Shown: positions 40,435-53,199 of the stretch, piece after piece
Layout: every line of letters begins with the position of its first letter
Position numbering within the stretch: position 1 is the first letter of the stretch
DNA from: Vicugna vicugna
Lineage: Eukaryota
Direction: 5' to 3'
Assembly: GCA_013265495.1 (NCBI GenBank)
Contig: MU058337.1
Coordinates: 3,776,880 to 3,840,879, forward strand
DNA: 64,000 nucleotides
Position numbers and translations under genes: made by a program
Notes under the pieces: model-generated
What the model was told of the DNA's origin: nothing
Seen by the model: the letters and a program-made list of their open reading frames with translations, nothing else
Databases searched by the model: none

Positions 40435-40645
40435 CAGGATTTCTCTACTTCAGCACTGTTGACATTTGAGACCAGATAATTCTTTGTTGTGGGCTGCCCT
40501 GTGCATCATAGGATATTTAGCACCTTTCCTGCCCTCCACTCATTAGATGTCAGTAGCACCCCCTCTGCCAGTTACGACAACCAGAAATGTCTCCAGACAT
40601 TGCCAGACGCCCCCTGGTGGGCAAATTAGTCCTCAGTCAGGACCT
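40435..40645 (-). mobile_element. MER20 hAT-Charlie DNA transposon
   Basis: cagcactgttgacattt...ataattctttgttgtggg...aaatgtctccagacattgcca. Confidence 0.92.
40606..40622 (-). promoter_or_regulatory. CTCF core motif within MER20
   Basis: Minus strand gcCCACCAGGGGGCGtc. Confidence 0.6.
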
Positions 40646-40859
40646 AGTAACAAAATAATTTGCTTCTTAGAAAACTAAGTACTTACAAAAAATTTGCTAC
40701 TTAGAAAAAAAAAAACTGGCATTAGTAATTTTTAAGGCACACAGTGATATTACAGAAGTTAGGAAAAAAAAGGGAATGAACGTGTATAATGTTATTCTTG
40801 ATGGTCCAGCAAAAATATTTCTGGAGAGGTGGATTTTTAAACAATCAAGAATAGGAACC

Positions 40860-41085
40860 CAAGCTGAGTGGCACTTTAGGCCTGGGTTAATCCTAGCAGT
40901 TCCGCCTGTAAGCTCTCAGGCCAGATCTTTAACTTTCTTCACCCCTCATTTTCTTCTGTGAAATATGAAATAGTAATAATTTTCTCATAAGGTTGATTTT
41001 CAGGTCAAGGGAGCTAAAACATGAAACAGGCCAGTGAAGAAACTAGCACATAGTGAGCATTCAGTAAATGGTGGTTTTTATCATT
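40860..41085 (+). mobile_element. MIR
   Basis: cctgggttaatcctagc...cctcattttcttctgtgaaat...gcacatagtgagcattcagtaaatg. Confidence 0.8.
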
Positions 41086-41559
41086 CATTAAGCAAAACAT
41101 TATTCCAAACATAATTCAAAATAATCATGAATTTTTCTACGTTGTTTACAGGGAAAATTGTCTATTATGAATCAGATGCCACTAAATAAGGTTGTCAGAC
41201 TCTCCCGTGCCTTGGCTGCACAGCAGCCCTTACGTTTTCAGATATTTAGAATTAGCGTAGTGATCCTTCCTAGCTTCAGTTTTTAAGAGGTAGTTTAAGC
41301 TAGGAGCCAAGAATACAAACTTTTAAACCAGACAGACCTAGGACAGTGCACTTTTCCTCCAGCATGATTTCCTGTGCCTCAGGTATGAATTAAATGAAGC
41401 CAATTGTAAAGTTGTGATCTTACTTTTGAATTTACTTTCCACTAATATGGATTTGAAGGCAGCTCCACGACAAGATAAAAAGAAACCTATGCTTAAGAAA
41501 CATTTAATAAATGAGGTTTCCTGGGACTTCAGAAACAATAGAAGAAGAAAATACGAGGA

Positions 41560-42023
41560 TGTGATAATTAATTTTATGTCAACTTGACAGCCATGAGCAG
41601 CTGCCCAGGTTAAACATTAGTTCTGGGTGTGTCTGTGAGGGTGTTCATGGACGTGGTTAATGTTTGAATCTGTGGATTGAGTAAAGTATGTTGCCATCCC
41701 CACTTTGGTGTTTTTCATCCAATCCTTTGATGGCCTGAGTAGAACAAAAGGCAGAGGAAGAAGGAATTTGACCCCTTTATCTGCCCCACTGCTGGAGTTA
41801 AGACACCTCATCTCATCTTCTCCTGTCCTTGAACTAGGATTTATTACCCTCATACTCAGACTGATTTATACCACAGGCTTTCCTTTGTCTCCAGCTTGGA
41901 GATAGCAGATTGTGGGACCTCTCAACCTTCATAATAGTGTGAGACACAATTATTCATCAATTCCTTATGATGAATACATGTATTCACACTGTTCTGTTTC
42001 TTTGGAGAACCCTGACTAACACA
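41560..42023 (+). mobile_element. MLT2 (ERVL) solo LTR
   Basis: tgtgataattaattttatgtcaacttgac...ttctgtttctttggagaaccctgactaacaca; 5-bp TSD gagga/aagga. Confidence 0.92.
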
Positions 42024-42074
42024 AAGGAAAATATATTATTTTAGGACAGTAAGGAGAAGTGGGAAAAAATTACG

Positions 42075-42270
42075 TCTATCCAGTACCAGATGCTATGCCA
42101 GCTACTTCTGCAAGGACTCTCACTTAATCCTCACCATAGCTCATTGGTTTTATTTCACAGAAGAGCATCAGTGTGATGCTGCAACTTGCTTGATAGCATA
42201 CCATCAGTAAATAATGGACTATGGGTTCGTGTGGAAATCACTCTGACTCCAAAACCTCTGTCTTCATCTA
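42075..42270 (-). mobile_element. MIR
   Basis: ctcacttaatcctcacca...tctgactccaaaacc. Confidence 0.65.
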
Positions 42271-43699
42271 CCACCTTGGGCAATTTAGGTGCATTCTGGC
42301 CCCCAGAGCTACAGAACTGTTCTGTATGTCCAGCTCCTGCTGACTTTACACCAAGGATACTGGATTTTATCAAATAAGATCATTGTAAGAAAAAGCGGTA
42401 GACTAGGGTTCTCCTCACCAAGATCATCTTAGGCAAGTAATTGTATGGTTATTTGTACCTTCAGTTGACTTGGGTTACTAGTCTGTTTATGAAGAGTACA
42501 TATATTATTCTATAAGGAAGATTAAGAAGAAGAATAAATATTATGGTCAAGAATTTTTGTTAAAGAATAAAAATTTCTAGTATCTAAAACATTTCTGAAA
42601 ATCAAAGGAGGATCTGTGTCTACCAACAGTCTAGGTGTTGGAGTAATAAAGTGATGAATTTCTCAAGTGTTGAGGGGAGAGGTGTTGGGGGTGTGGTTGA
42701 CTTCTTAAATGTTAAGAGGTTTTGTTATATTGCAGAAAAATTTATGACACATTTAACTTATGTAAAAGATCTACCGATTCTATAGTCACTCTAACAAACA
42801 AAAGTTACCTGAATTCACAAACTAAGCAAAATGTGCTAATCTAGTCAAAAGATAGCTGAAAACGCCATTTATAATCTCTAGCTCTGTCCTCTGAGCATTG
42901 TATTTCACAGGTGCTCAGCATACTTTTGAAATGAGCCATGCTTCAAAAAATGGCATTTGCTTTGTTACATTAAAACAATTCAAGAAGCAATACAGCAGCC
43001 CCTAAGACAAATTTCTTAGGAAAGAATAGAGTGAGTTTGAATATTCACTCACAAATATATTTGCACTTTATGGTATTTATTACATAGACTTAACTAATAA
43101 AAAAGTAAAAAAATTTAGAACCAACTGAGCCTTTGTAATTTGACTAAAAGCGTGTCATTATATGTGGTTTGTAGAATGAACTGCTCTCAGACTGATACTC
43201 TTTAATGTTCACATTTGTTTGATAAATTTGGCAACAAAATCCCTCAGTGAAATCTCCCTAAAGTACATTAAATAAATAAAAGCGATTCAAGGTGCAAATA
43301 ACTAATAAAATCTTCTGCTCGTTAGTTTAAGAGGATGTCACTAACTGACCAGGAATATATCACTTCATCAGCTCTGAAATCTTTAACAGACTAGTAAAAT
43401 AAATTGTAACTAAGTGCATGTAGTGGAGGTATGGCTTTTTAAAAATGCATTCAGTGAATTTTATTTTTATTTCTTCAGATGTGCTTTGAACACTCAGTGA
43501 AAGACTGTTTTTTGAGATGTAGATAGATTGTATTAACAATATCTGTATGCCTGCTGTTTTCATGTACCCTGTCCTGAATCTGGCCTTATTGTTATATGCT
43601 AAAAAATCATGCTTGGAATGAAAAGTTCTATAAAACACACCCAGGGTTTATTTCATGTGAATGCATGGGGACTTTATAAACACGGATTTTGTTTTATAT

Positions 43700-44115
43700 G
43701 GCATTTAAAAACATGGCTCTAAATTTATTTGAACATCTTGCCATCTAGAAGTAGGCGTGTCCCCTCTTCTTGAACTTGGGTTTTGGGACAGCTTGAGCAA
43801 CAGAAGACAGCAGATGTGATACTGTGCTGGCTTCTGTGCCCAGGTCTCAAGGCATTGGCAGCCCTTGAACACAACCACCACTACACATGAGAAGCAGCTC
43901 TGGGGAAAGCCCCACCTGGAGGGCACCTGAGAACAGCCATCCTGGACGCCAGGCTCCCTCCCACTGAGCTGCCTGCCCAGGCTGATGCCATGTGGAACAC
44001 AAGTGAGCTGTCCCCACCATGTGTTCACAAAGATGCAGATTCACGAGCAAGCTAAATTAATGATGCTGTTTTAAAGATGAGTTTTGGGATCATTTGCTAC
44101 CTAGATAATCATAAC
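43700..44115 (+). mobile_element. MLT1G/H-type MaLR LTR
   Basis: ctcttcttgaacttggg...gctgatgccatgtggaac...gctgttttaa...gttttggga...gataatcataaca. Confidence 0.8.
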
Positions 44116-44573
44116 ACTTATAAAGACCAACAGGTGCACTGAGCAGTTATTTCCAGAAGGGCAATAACCTCAGAAAGTCACTGCCAAAGCTGAGGGAATT
44201 TCCTACTTTTGTCACAAATTCTGCCTACGTAAGTATCCATGGTGCCATGGAGGAGCCCGAAATCCCAGACCCTGAACCATAGCATGTGACGGTACGTTTG
44301 GAATGTATATACTAATAGATATGCATATATATGACTTGGAAAAGATAGTAAGTTCCAAAAAAAAAACTTACTACATTTCCTTTTCTGCTTAAAAAGTAAA
44401 TGCAGACGATCAGTAATCTAGCGGTGTGAATCATACCTTGAAAAGAGCAGCAGTTACCTACCTGTGGAGAAGAATGTGGTAGATGTACACCAGTCTCCCA
44501 GCCCACGTCCTGATGAATTGACTGTCCTAGCAACTGAGCAGAAACTAGAAGAATAAATTGGATTTCCCTAAAT

Positions 44574-44750
44574 ACAGTTCTCAACACCAACTGCACTTGA
44601 GAAATTAAAAAAAAAATGTCTGTGGCTACCGCAGAACAATTAAATGAACATATCTGGGGTGTGGGCAGATATCAGCACTAAAACACAGCTAAACAAACCT
44701 GGAAGGCCTGAGCAGTTCTAATACTTATCCAAAGCTGATGATCAGTAGTC
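44574..44750. mobile_element. MER5-type hAT MITE
   Basis: cagttctcaac...caattaaatgaacatatctggggtgtggg...ttctaatacttatccaaag. Confidence 0.55.
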
Positions 44751-44949
44751 TAGAGTCTCCACTTACAAGTTCTTTCTTCTGTTTCCCAAACATGCCTTAG
44801 GGAGAAGGGAAGTGGCATTGGGGCTGGAGAATGCACTGAGTTTCTTCTTCTTCCTCACTTTTTCCTAAGCCTGGAGGACCTTTTGTTTTAGAGAAGACAG
44901 TAGAGTAAATGGAAGAAGAGCAAAGAAAAAAAAATGAAGAAAAAATGGC

Positions 44950-45720
44950 AAATGATTAAAAAAAAACCCAGTGCATCTACTAATAGTATACAAGAGAAAC
45001 CCCATAAACTCATCTAATGTCAAAGAATTGAAAAAGAAACCAGAACTAGAAGTTGTCCCTTCCTACATATCAGAATGGGAACCTTTAAAAGAATGAATCA
45101 CATTTAGTATGGGTGAGGGAATGGGGAAATAGAAACTCCAACTCTATTGGTGGGAACATAAATTGGTAAAAATTTTGTGGAGACAGTTTAGAGGCATCCA
45201 TCAAATGTAAAATCTACATTCTCCTTTGATCCTGCAGTCCTGCTTCTGAAAAGTCTGTCCTACAGAAACACTGGCACACATTCACAAATACGTATGTGTA
45301 AAAAATTCATTTTCAAGTTGTACCTAAATATTAATAGCAGGAGGTTAACTCATGTATCTATCAACATAGTAATAATCAAATAAACTGTGGATCTGTACTT
45401 CTAGGAAATATTATATGACCATTATTAACAATGAGATAGATTTGTATTTAATGACAAATGTAGAACTGCAAAACACAGAATTAGAGAAAATAGTAAATCA
45501 TAAATTGACACATACATTATGTTGTACATACCTAAATATAAAACCTGTCTAATGTGTGTGTGCACGTATATTTATACTTTTACATATAGCTGTATGGAAA
45601 ATTGAGTGTAAGATAATGTAAATAACAAAAGTGGCTACCTCTGGATATGGGAGAGGATTGGAGACAGTGCTAAGGAAAAATTTTTGATGTACTACCTGGA
45701 TAATTTTTTAAATATTTTTT
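44950..45720 (+). mobile_element. L1ME-type 3' end
   Basis: attggtgggaacataaattggt, aaataaactgtgg, gtggctacctctgg. Confidence 0.75.
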
Positions 45721-46479
45721 TCAGTGAAAAGCTAAAGCTTTCAAAACTGAACTGTGACACCATCTTACCTACTCATCTTCACTGGGGTTAAGAAATTGTG
45801 TATCTGACTTGCTTAGTTATCACATCTATCAATGCCTCCCCTGGCCAACCTCAGTCAGGGTGTCATCAATTAGCAAGGTTTGTCTCCATGCCCCAGTTGC
45901 CTCTTTCATTGCTACGATTTGCAAATTTGACACAATTGTGACCCATTTTTCTACTACTTTTCTAAGAAAAATCAAGTTTGTTTCATCAATTCCCTAATTT
46001 CCACTACTTGCTTGTAAATGTAATTCAGTTATCACTGAGAAAGTTGTCGAATGATTCTCTGGCAAATGTTTACAGTGTCAAGTTTTATGCACCATTGTTT
46101 TTGTCTACCAGTCATACATATGGTCTCAGTGACATTTCCACTGTTATAATTGCTAGTCAGTAGAAGAAACAGGGAAACATTACATTATCCAAGATCATTG
46201 TGCCACGTGTATGTCTATTTCATTTGTACTAAATGTTCTGAAAAGGGTGTATTTATAGACTAACTCCATACTGAAATGAGCTTTGAAAAGATTATATTTG
46301 TAAATGTTCATCATTTGGGAAGCATTTATTGAGCCCCTTCTGTATGTATAAATATGTTCTAATTGTTCCATGAAGGTTATGAGCAAGGAAGTACAAATCC
46401 TGACCTCAGGCAAGTTTGAATCCACTGAAAGACATAAGATTACTGATATCTAAGTGGCAACTCTCTACTGAAATTTAAT

Positions 46480-48310
46480 TGTTGTTTATTTAAAAAATAT
46501 TTACTGAACTCTTGCTATGGGCTGGGAATGGTTGTAAGCCCTTGGACTACATCAGGGAATAAAACAGAAAAAAATTTTAAGAAACTCCTCTCTTTCTTCA
46601 CAGAGCTCATATTGTCCTGGGGGAAACAGGTAACAAGGAATAAGAAATTACAATACTATTTAGATTATATAGTATATTAGAAGATTGTAAGTGCTACAAA
46701 AAAAGAGAGGAGTTGCGCATGGGAGTACAGGCAGGTGGGGGCGCTGTAGTGAGGTGGGGGCAAAAGGTGTAGTTTAAATCGGGTGACGAGAAAAGCACTC
46801 AGTGAGAAGATGGCATTTGGAAAAATACGTGACGGCTTTGAGGGAGTTAGCTGAGTGAGCCTAGGCGGAGGGAACAGATAAGATCGTGTGTAGGGGCGAT
46901 TATATTCCTGGCTTGTTTGGTGGAGCAGCAAGAAGGCCAGTGCTCTGAAGTGCAGGGAGTAAACAGTGGTCACAGAAAACCAAGTGGGTGTGAAACAGGT
47001 GAGGACAGATCATATAGGGTCTTGTAAGCCATTGCAAAGACCTATTCATTCAATTTAAGGGGGGTAAAACTTGGTTTGGGCATAGAAGGGACATTATACG
47101 AAGAGGTGCTTAAAGGAATCACTGTGAATGGGAAGAGTAAAATTATGGAGCTCAGTTCTGAGGTTGTTGGAATAATCCAGAAGAAATGTGATGCTCTTTA
47201 GGCCAGGGTGGTAGCAGTGGAGGTGGTGAGACCTACATTGTGGGTAAGTTTAGCAAGATTCCCTGGGAAACTCAGTTTGTAATGTCTGTTAGACATTCAA
47301 GTGTTGATAGTACAGGAAGCACATGGAATGCAAGCCTAGAATTCTGAACTGAGTTCTGGGATCTACATATACATTGGAGAATCATCAGCGTATAGATCCA
47401 GCCTTACAGCTGGATACAATCATCAAGGAAGTAAGTCTAGCTCTAGAAGAGTAGTGACCAAACATAAGCCCTGGGCACTCTGACAATAAAAGGACAGGGA
47501 AAAGAGAAGGAGCATACCAGAGACAGGGAAGGAGCAACCAATTAAAAAGGAAGAGAACCAAGAGTATGGTGTCCAGAAGCCAAGTGAAGAAAGCTTTTCA
47601 ACAAGGAGGAGGTGATAAATTGCATCCTTTCTGTCAGTTGGCTAAGACTGAAGAGTCACCATCCATCGCGTGCAGCCAGTTGGTACCTTTGCCAAGAGCA
47701 GTCTGGGTGGTGTGGTGAAGTCACACTCCTGGCTAGAGTGAATGTCAGACAGATGGGAGGAGTGCAGAGGACTCTCTCAAGATGTTTTGCTATGTAGAGG
47801 GCAGAGAAATGAAAAGGAAATTGAATGGGAAAGGTCAAGGGACTAACCTTTTAAAGATATATTTCTATGCTGTTGGGGGATGATCCAGTCAAGCGGGAAG
47901 GGATGATGCTCAGGAGAGAAGGAAGATACCCTGCAGCAGTGCCGTTGACCAGGCAAGAAGAGGTAGGCTTGCACACACAAGTGGAGTGCACACACATCTG
48001 CTCTGTGCAGGGCGCATGGGTGGCTCATCTTGTACTGAGAGGGAAAGAGTACAGAGGTACAGTGGCTGGTAGGTGGGCTCAGTCTGTGGAAATTCTCTTC
48101 TGATTACTTCATTTTTCTCAATATAGTAGAAATCAGGGTCATCAGTTGAGAGTGAGATTGTAGAGGATACAGTAGAGCTTTTAAAGAGAAAAAGAAGACA
48201 AGAAAGAACAGTCTAGATCCATAGAAAGATGCGCTCATGAACTGGGAAAGTGAAGTAAGATTGTCAGACAGCATGAAGGCTTACTTGGGGTTCCTGGTTA
48301 TGGATTTACA
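46480..48310 (-). mobile_element. Long L2a-like fragment (~1.8 kb)
   Basis: 3' end aaatatttactgaactcttgctatg; internal gatcatatagggtcttgtaagccattg, gaagccaagtgaagaaag. Confidence 0.85.
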
Positions 48311-48399
48311 ATGAGACTAGCCATAAAACAGTAATTACCCACATTCAAAGGGACTCTTTCCTTAAGAATATTTCAATCCCACAAGTTTCTAAGTCTCCA

Positions 48400-48680
48400 A
48401 ATCTTACGAAACCTCTACCTCACTGTTGTTTTCAAAGTCTGCAACACAATCTCTCCAGTATATACAAAGTTGACAAATCTTCAACTTTTGAAAACTGATT
48501 TTTTGGAAACAGCAAAAGTCTCTTGGAGCTAAATTTAGTGAATTAAGTGAGTGATCAGGTTGTGTAATTCTATTTGGGGTCCCAAACAAGGTGTGATTAC
48601 AAATGAGACATTTTCTTGAATGACTCATAAACTGCCTCTGAGGAAATTTCCAAAGGAAGAGTTAAACAACTTGGAATTAA
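48400..48680 (-). mobile_element. Mariner-derived relic (MARNA-like)
   Basis: Minus frame HSLNSLNLAPRDFCCFQKI resembles the mariner transposase YSPDLAPxDFxLF motif. Confidence 0.65.
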
Positions 48681-49174
48681 GATCAACTTAATCAGGAAAG
48701 GGCTTCTGGAGAGGGTGAGTTTTAAATTGGGCTACAGAGGGGATGGAAAGGAAGTGGACTGACAGACATGAATGACCTTAACAGGTAGTACTTACATTTC
48801 TACAAATATTTTAACTTTATTTTATTTCAACATTTTTGTTAATAGTATTTGCATATACTGCTATTCATCCTTTAAATAAATGTATAAAGTAGGTGGCATT
48901 GTAAAGAAATAGGATTCTTTGTTCCCTCACTACTCCTATTTATAAATGAAGAAATCAAAGTCTTCAGAATGTAAGAAACTTGTCCAAAATCACAGAAATG
49001 GTGAGAAAACAACAACTAAAACCTGTCATAACTCAGAGTGCTCTCTCCTCACGTGTCATGGTCCTCAAACTTTGACAGAGGAGGAAGAGCATCAGAATCA
49101 ATATTCCTGCCCATCTTTGGAATATATGTACAGAGAATATATGTAAGATATTTTCCTCAGTAAAGGCTCTAGAT

Positions 49175-49390
49175 CAGTGGTTCTTAACTGGAGTGATCTT
49201 GTCCCACCAGGAAGCATTTAGAGACACAGCTCAAGGGGCAGGCAGGGAGCAGAGTTGCTCCTGGCATCTGGTTGGCAGAGGACAGGGATAAAATCCTTCA
49301 ATGATAAACATTCTACAATGCCCAGGACAGCCCCACAACAAAGAATTTTCTGGCTCCAAATCTCAGTAGTGCTGAGGTTAAGAAATTCTA
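49175..49390 (+). mobile_element. MER20
   Basis: cagtggttcttaactgg...ggacagccccacaacaaagaatt...agtgctgaggttaagaaa; 8-bp TSD ctctagat/ctctaggt. Confidence 0.9.
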
Positions 49391-50279
49391 CTCTAGGTCT
49401 AAGTCCAGATCTAGAAGTAATGGGTATAGCATTTGGAAATATGAAGATGTCTTTTTAACAGTTTCTGTGCACATAGTCCTTATATAGAACATATTGAAAC
49501 TAATAAACATTCATAGAAACTGGTCCCTATGGTTTTCAAGAGGTATTTGAACATGAGTACATTTGTAAATTTATCACTGAATAAATAATCCATCACATGC
49601 AGTTATTTTTCAAAGAATAAATTTTGAATTTTGCAGTTAAAGTCCCAGTGTATAATGGCATTCTTATTTAGACAAGACAGTTGAGCCAAGGGGTAAAAAT
49701 TGTTGATGGAAGATGGCATTGCTAGAATCATCTATAGCAGGCTGAAGTAAGAAAGGATGAAGACAGACAGGTCAGTTAGGAGAAAAACACAGGTCTTCAC
49801 TAAATGTCTAAAGATGAAGAAAGTCTCATTTGAAAAAGTCAGGGGACCAATGAAACATGATTGTGTCAAGTATCCATTTGAGAATTTTTAAAAAATATAT
49901 AAATAGAAATAAAAATCCCAAACCTGGGAATGTAAGATTATAAATATTGTTAGAAGCTTCCTAAACTGAAATTGGGCATGTTTCTCACCAAATTGTTCTT
50001 TTATGTATGTTAAGAAACATTTTCAACAGAAACTTACAAATATGATAGAAACATAAATGACTTCCATATGAGTAATAATGGATAATGACATTTAATATTG
50101 TGAGACTTTATTTTCTATTAGGAAAAAGGATTTTATCTCTTCCTAGATATACTGTAGTTAATTTTCAATTTATGAATCCTTATTACTATTGATGCCTTTG
50201 GCCCTGTATTTTATAAGTGAAATACATTTGTATACGAAAACATCAGCAAGAGAATTTGTTTCTCAAAGCTGTATTTCAG

Positions 50280-50486
50280 ATCTCGCCAGATTGTGTGGCT
50301 GTTGAGAATCGATTTTCCCTCACTTTGTGGTCTGTGCATACAGTTTTTATTTTCCAAGGGGAAACACCTGCAATCAATTGATGAACTGCTGTTTGTGGAT
50401 CCAACTGTCACTGGGGCCATGCAGTGGCAAAAGCCTCATTACCATGACGGGAATGTGCCTACAAATGTATCATTGAGATGCAAACT
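50280..50486 (+). other. Candidate 207-bp symmetric exon
   Basis: ctgtatttcag| acceptor, ACT|gtgagc donor, frame open throughout; non-repeat sequence. Confidence 0.27.
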
Positions 50487-51448
50487 GTGAGCACGTGTGT
50501 TACTGTCTTTGTAGAGTATTTGTTTTTAAACCAAGCTCAAATTTTAGAACTGACCATCCTGAGCCCTAGCCAATGAATGCTACCATTTGGTAGCACATTA
50601 ATGACTAAGGCACACTCATATTCCTCCTTTGTCGGCTCACAGTAATTTTCCAATTTCTTCTCCCCAAAATAACAGCGAAAAAACTTCACTCAATCTCCCA
50701 AATGGTATTGAGTCTGAGCATCTTTTCAATTTAGGTATTGCTTTCAATAATATTCCATATTGTCACAGCTGGTAGGTGTCCTCTAAGGCAATTTCTTCTT
50801 TAAAAAATAAGAGAAAGACAGAAAAGGATGTATCTTGCAGAGTTATCACAAATTCTGTGATTGTATACATTTGCTGTTTTCATAAAGCTGCTTAGTATAG
50901 TTTTATATTAAAATATCCCCACTTCTTATAGAATCTTCATACTATTGTTGCACATGGAAGAATACACTTCTGATGCTGTTAAGTGAGTTAAGGTATCTTT
51001 CTGTGTAATTAACTCATTTTTAGTAGAAAACATGAAGTCCATATGTTACCCAAATTGCTAAGGTGCACTTAGCCAATAAGTGACAATTGTAACATGAATC
51101 TGGGTCTTTTTTGTATTCCATAGGGGATAAATAAGCCCCAGAATAGTTTTTAATGCAATGGTAAAGCTGACGAGTTAATTAGATGTCAAGAATTTCCTAA
51201 TATGGTCAGTTTTGGAAATGATATAACTTTGTATATTCCAACTCCATATATATTACATACTCAGTAACCCCCAGATGAACTGAAGTGTTTGCATGATCTT
51301 CAAAGGCCTTTTTTCAATGGATGAACTTGCATTAAGCACTGCCATGTCTTGAGTATCTCACTCAAAACTAAGTATACCATGGGAAATAAAGGAGAGCCCC
51401 TACCCTCAAGGAATTTGAGGATTAGGGTGGGAAACATAAAAACACATG

Positions 51449-51931
51449 TGGACATATCTCATTTTATTGCCCTTTGCTTTATTGTTCTCGCCAGGTATTG
51501 CGATTTTACAGATTGAGGGTTTGTGGCAACCCTGTGTGGGGCAAATGTACAGACACCATTTTCCCTACAGCATTTTCTCACTTCATGTCTCTGTGTTACA
51601 TTTGGGTAATTGGCACAAAATTTCAAGCTTTTTCATTATTATTGTTATATTTATTATGGTGATCTGTGATCAGTGATTTTTGATGTTACTGCTACAGCTC
51701 ACTGAAGGCTTAGATGATGGCTCACACTTTTTAGTAACAGCTTGTTTTTAATTAAGGTATGTTCATTTTTTAGACATGATGCTATTGTACACTTAGTACA
51801 CTATAGCACAGTATAAGCATAACATTTATATACACTGGAAACAAAAAAATTCATGTAACTCACTTTACTGTGATACTCATTTTGTTGCAGTGGTCTATGA
51901 TTGAACCCACAATATCTCTGGAGTATGTCTG
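51449..51931 (+). mobile_element. Internally deleted Tigger1 (Tigger1a_Art-like) inserted into an L2
   Basis: ggacatatctcattttattgc...cccacaatatctctggagtatgtctg|ta; L2-like text on both flanks. Confidence 0.9.
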
Positions 51932-52833
51932 TAATTGCAAGATAATCTGATAACATGTTAAAATAGAATAGATGTGATCAACACAATGGCCACAGATAGG
52001 AAAGGGTGTTCAATTTCATCTGTAGGGATCAGAGATGTCTTCATGAGTGAAATGGCAATGATACCATGTATTTGAATGGCCTTTCTAAGAAATGTTTTGT
52101 TTTGTTTTTGTTTTTGTTTTCCTACTTTACTATTCTGTGTTGTCCAGGTATAGTATGTAGGTTCTTTTTGTGTCAGGTTCTTTCTAAAAAAGTGAATGAT
52201 ATTTTAATAGGGCAATGTGAACTTGTATTGTTTTATCTTTATTATACAAATAAAATAAGAATAAAAAATATGAATTTAATATTCCCATTCTCCAAATTCC
52301 TAGTAGTACTTACAGAAAAAGACTTCCCTGTTATGCAGGAAAAACATTTGGATCACCAAGACCTATTACAGAAGAATATATGGAGAAGAAGGAGGTAAAA
52401 GGGAGGAAGTGCCTCTCAGAGGTGGAAGGATGATGAGGAGCTGTAGGGATTTGAGGGAATGTGGAGCAAGAGCTGGGAGCTAAATCTGAGGACTTTGCTT
52501 TAAACAGAAGAGAATCACTGTGAGACCCAGGAAAGGAGGACCACTCTTTGGATGCCCAGAAGCCCCATGGGAATTAGTCACCGCCTTCATCCTGTGAGCC
52601 TTCCCAGTGCAGCTCTGAGGGTCCAGAGAACTCTTGTTGTCCCTTCTTTTGTAACTGGTGAAGATTTTCCTTTGGCAGCTTCTGGCGTCTCACTTGTAAT
52701 TGTCCACAAGGAGTGATGCTGGTCCACACCCCAAGACTTTGCTTCAAGCCAGTATGACTTAGTGTTGTGGGCAGTCCCATTCCCCAGCTTGAACACCACA
52801 CTTCACATATGCCCAGGACACTGTAAACCCTAG

Positions 52834-53199
52834 GGCAATGGACTAAATTGTGTCCCTCCCAAGTTCATATGTTGATGCCATAACCCACAATGTTATATGG
52901 CATTAGAGAATGATGCTTTGGGAGATAGTGTTAGATGAAGTCCTGAGGGTGGGGCCCTCTTGATAGGATGAGCGGCGTAATAAGGATAGAAAGAGAGAGA
53001 GATCACTGGCTCCTTGTGAGGACACAGTGAGAAGGTGGCCATCTGCAAGCCAGCAAGAGAGCCCTCACCAGGGAACTGAATCAGGCAGAACCTTGATTTT
53101 GGACTTCCCAGCCTGCATATTATGAGAAAATAAACTCCTGTTGTGTAAGCCATCCAGTTTGTGATAGTTTGTTATGGCAGCTTGAGCTGACTTAAGACA
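52834..53199 (+). mobile_element. MLT1A-type MaLR solo LTR
   Basis: atggactaaattgtgtccc...gtgaggacacagtgagaaggtggccatctgcaagcc...gttatggcagcttgagctgacttaagaca. Confidence 0.92.

Noticed and set aside
50578..50595. 8-bp stem hairpin tgctacca-tt-tggtagca (similar one at ~37173-37191)
   Set aside because: Short enough to be expected by chance in 64 kb.
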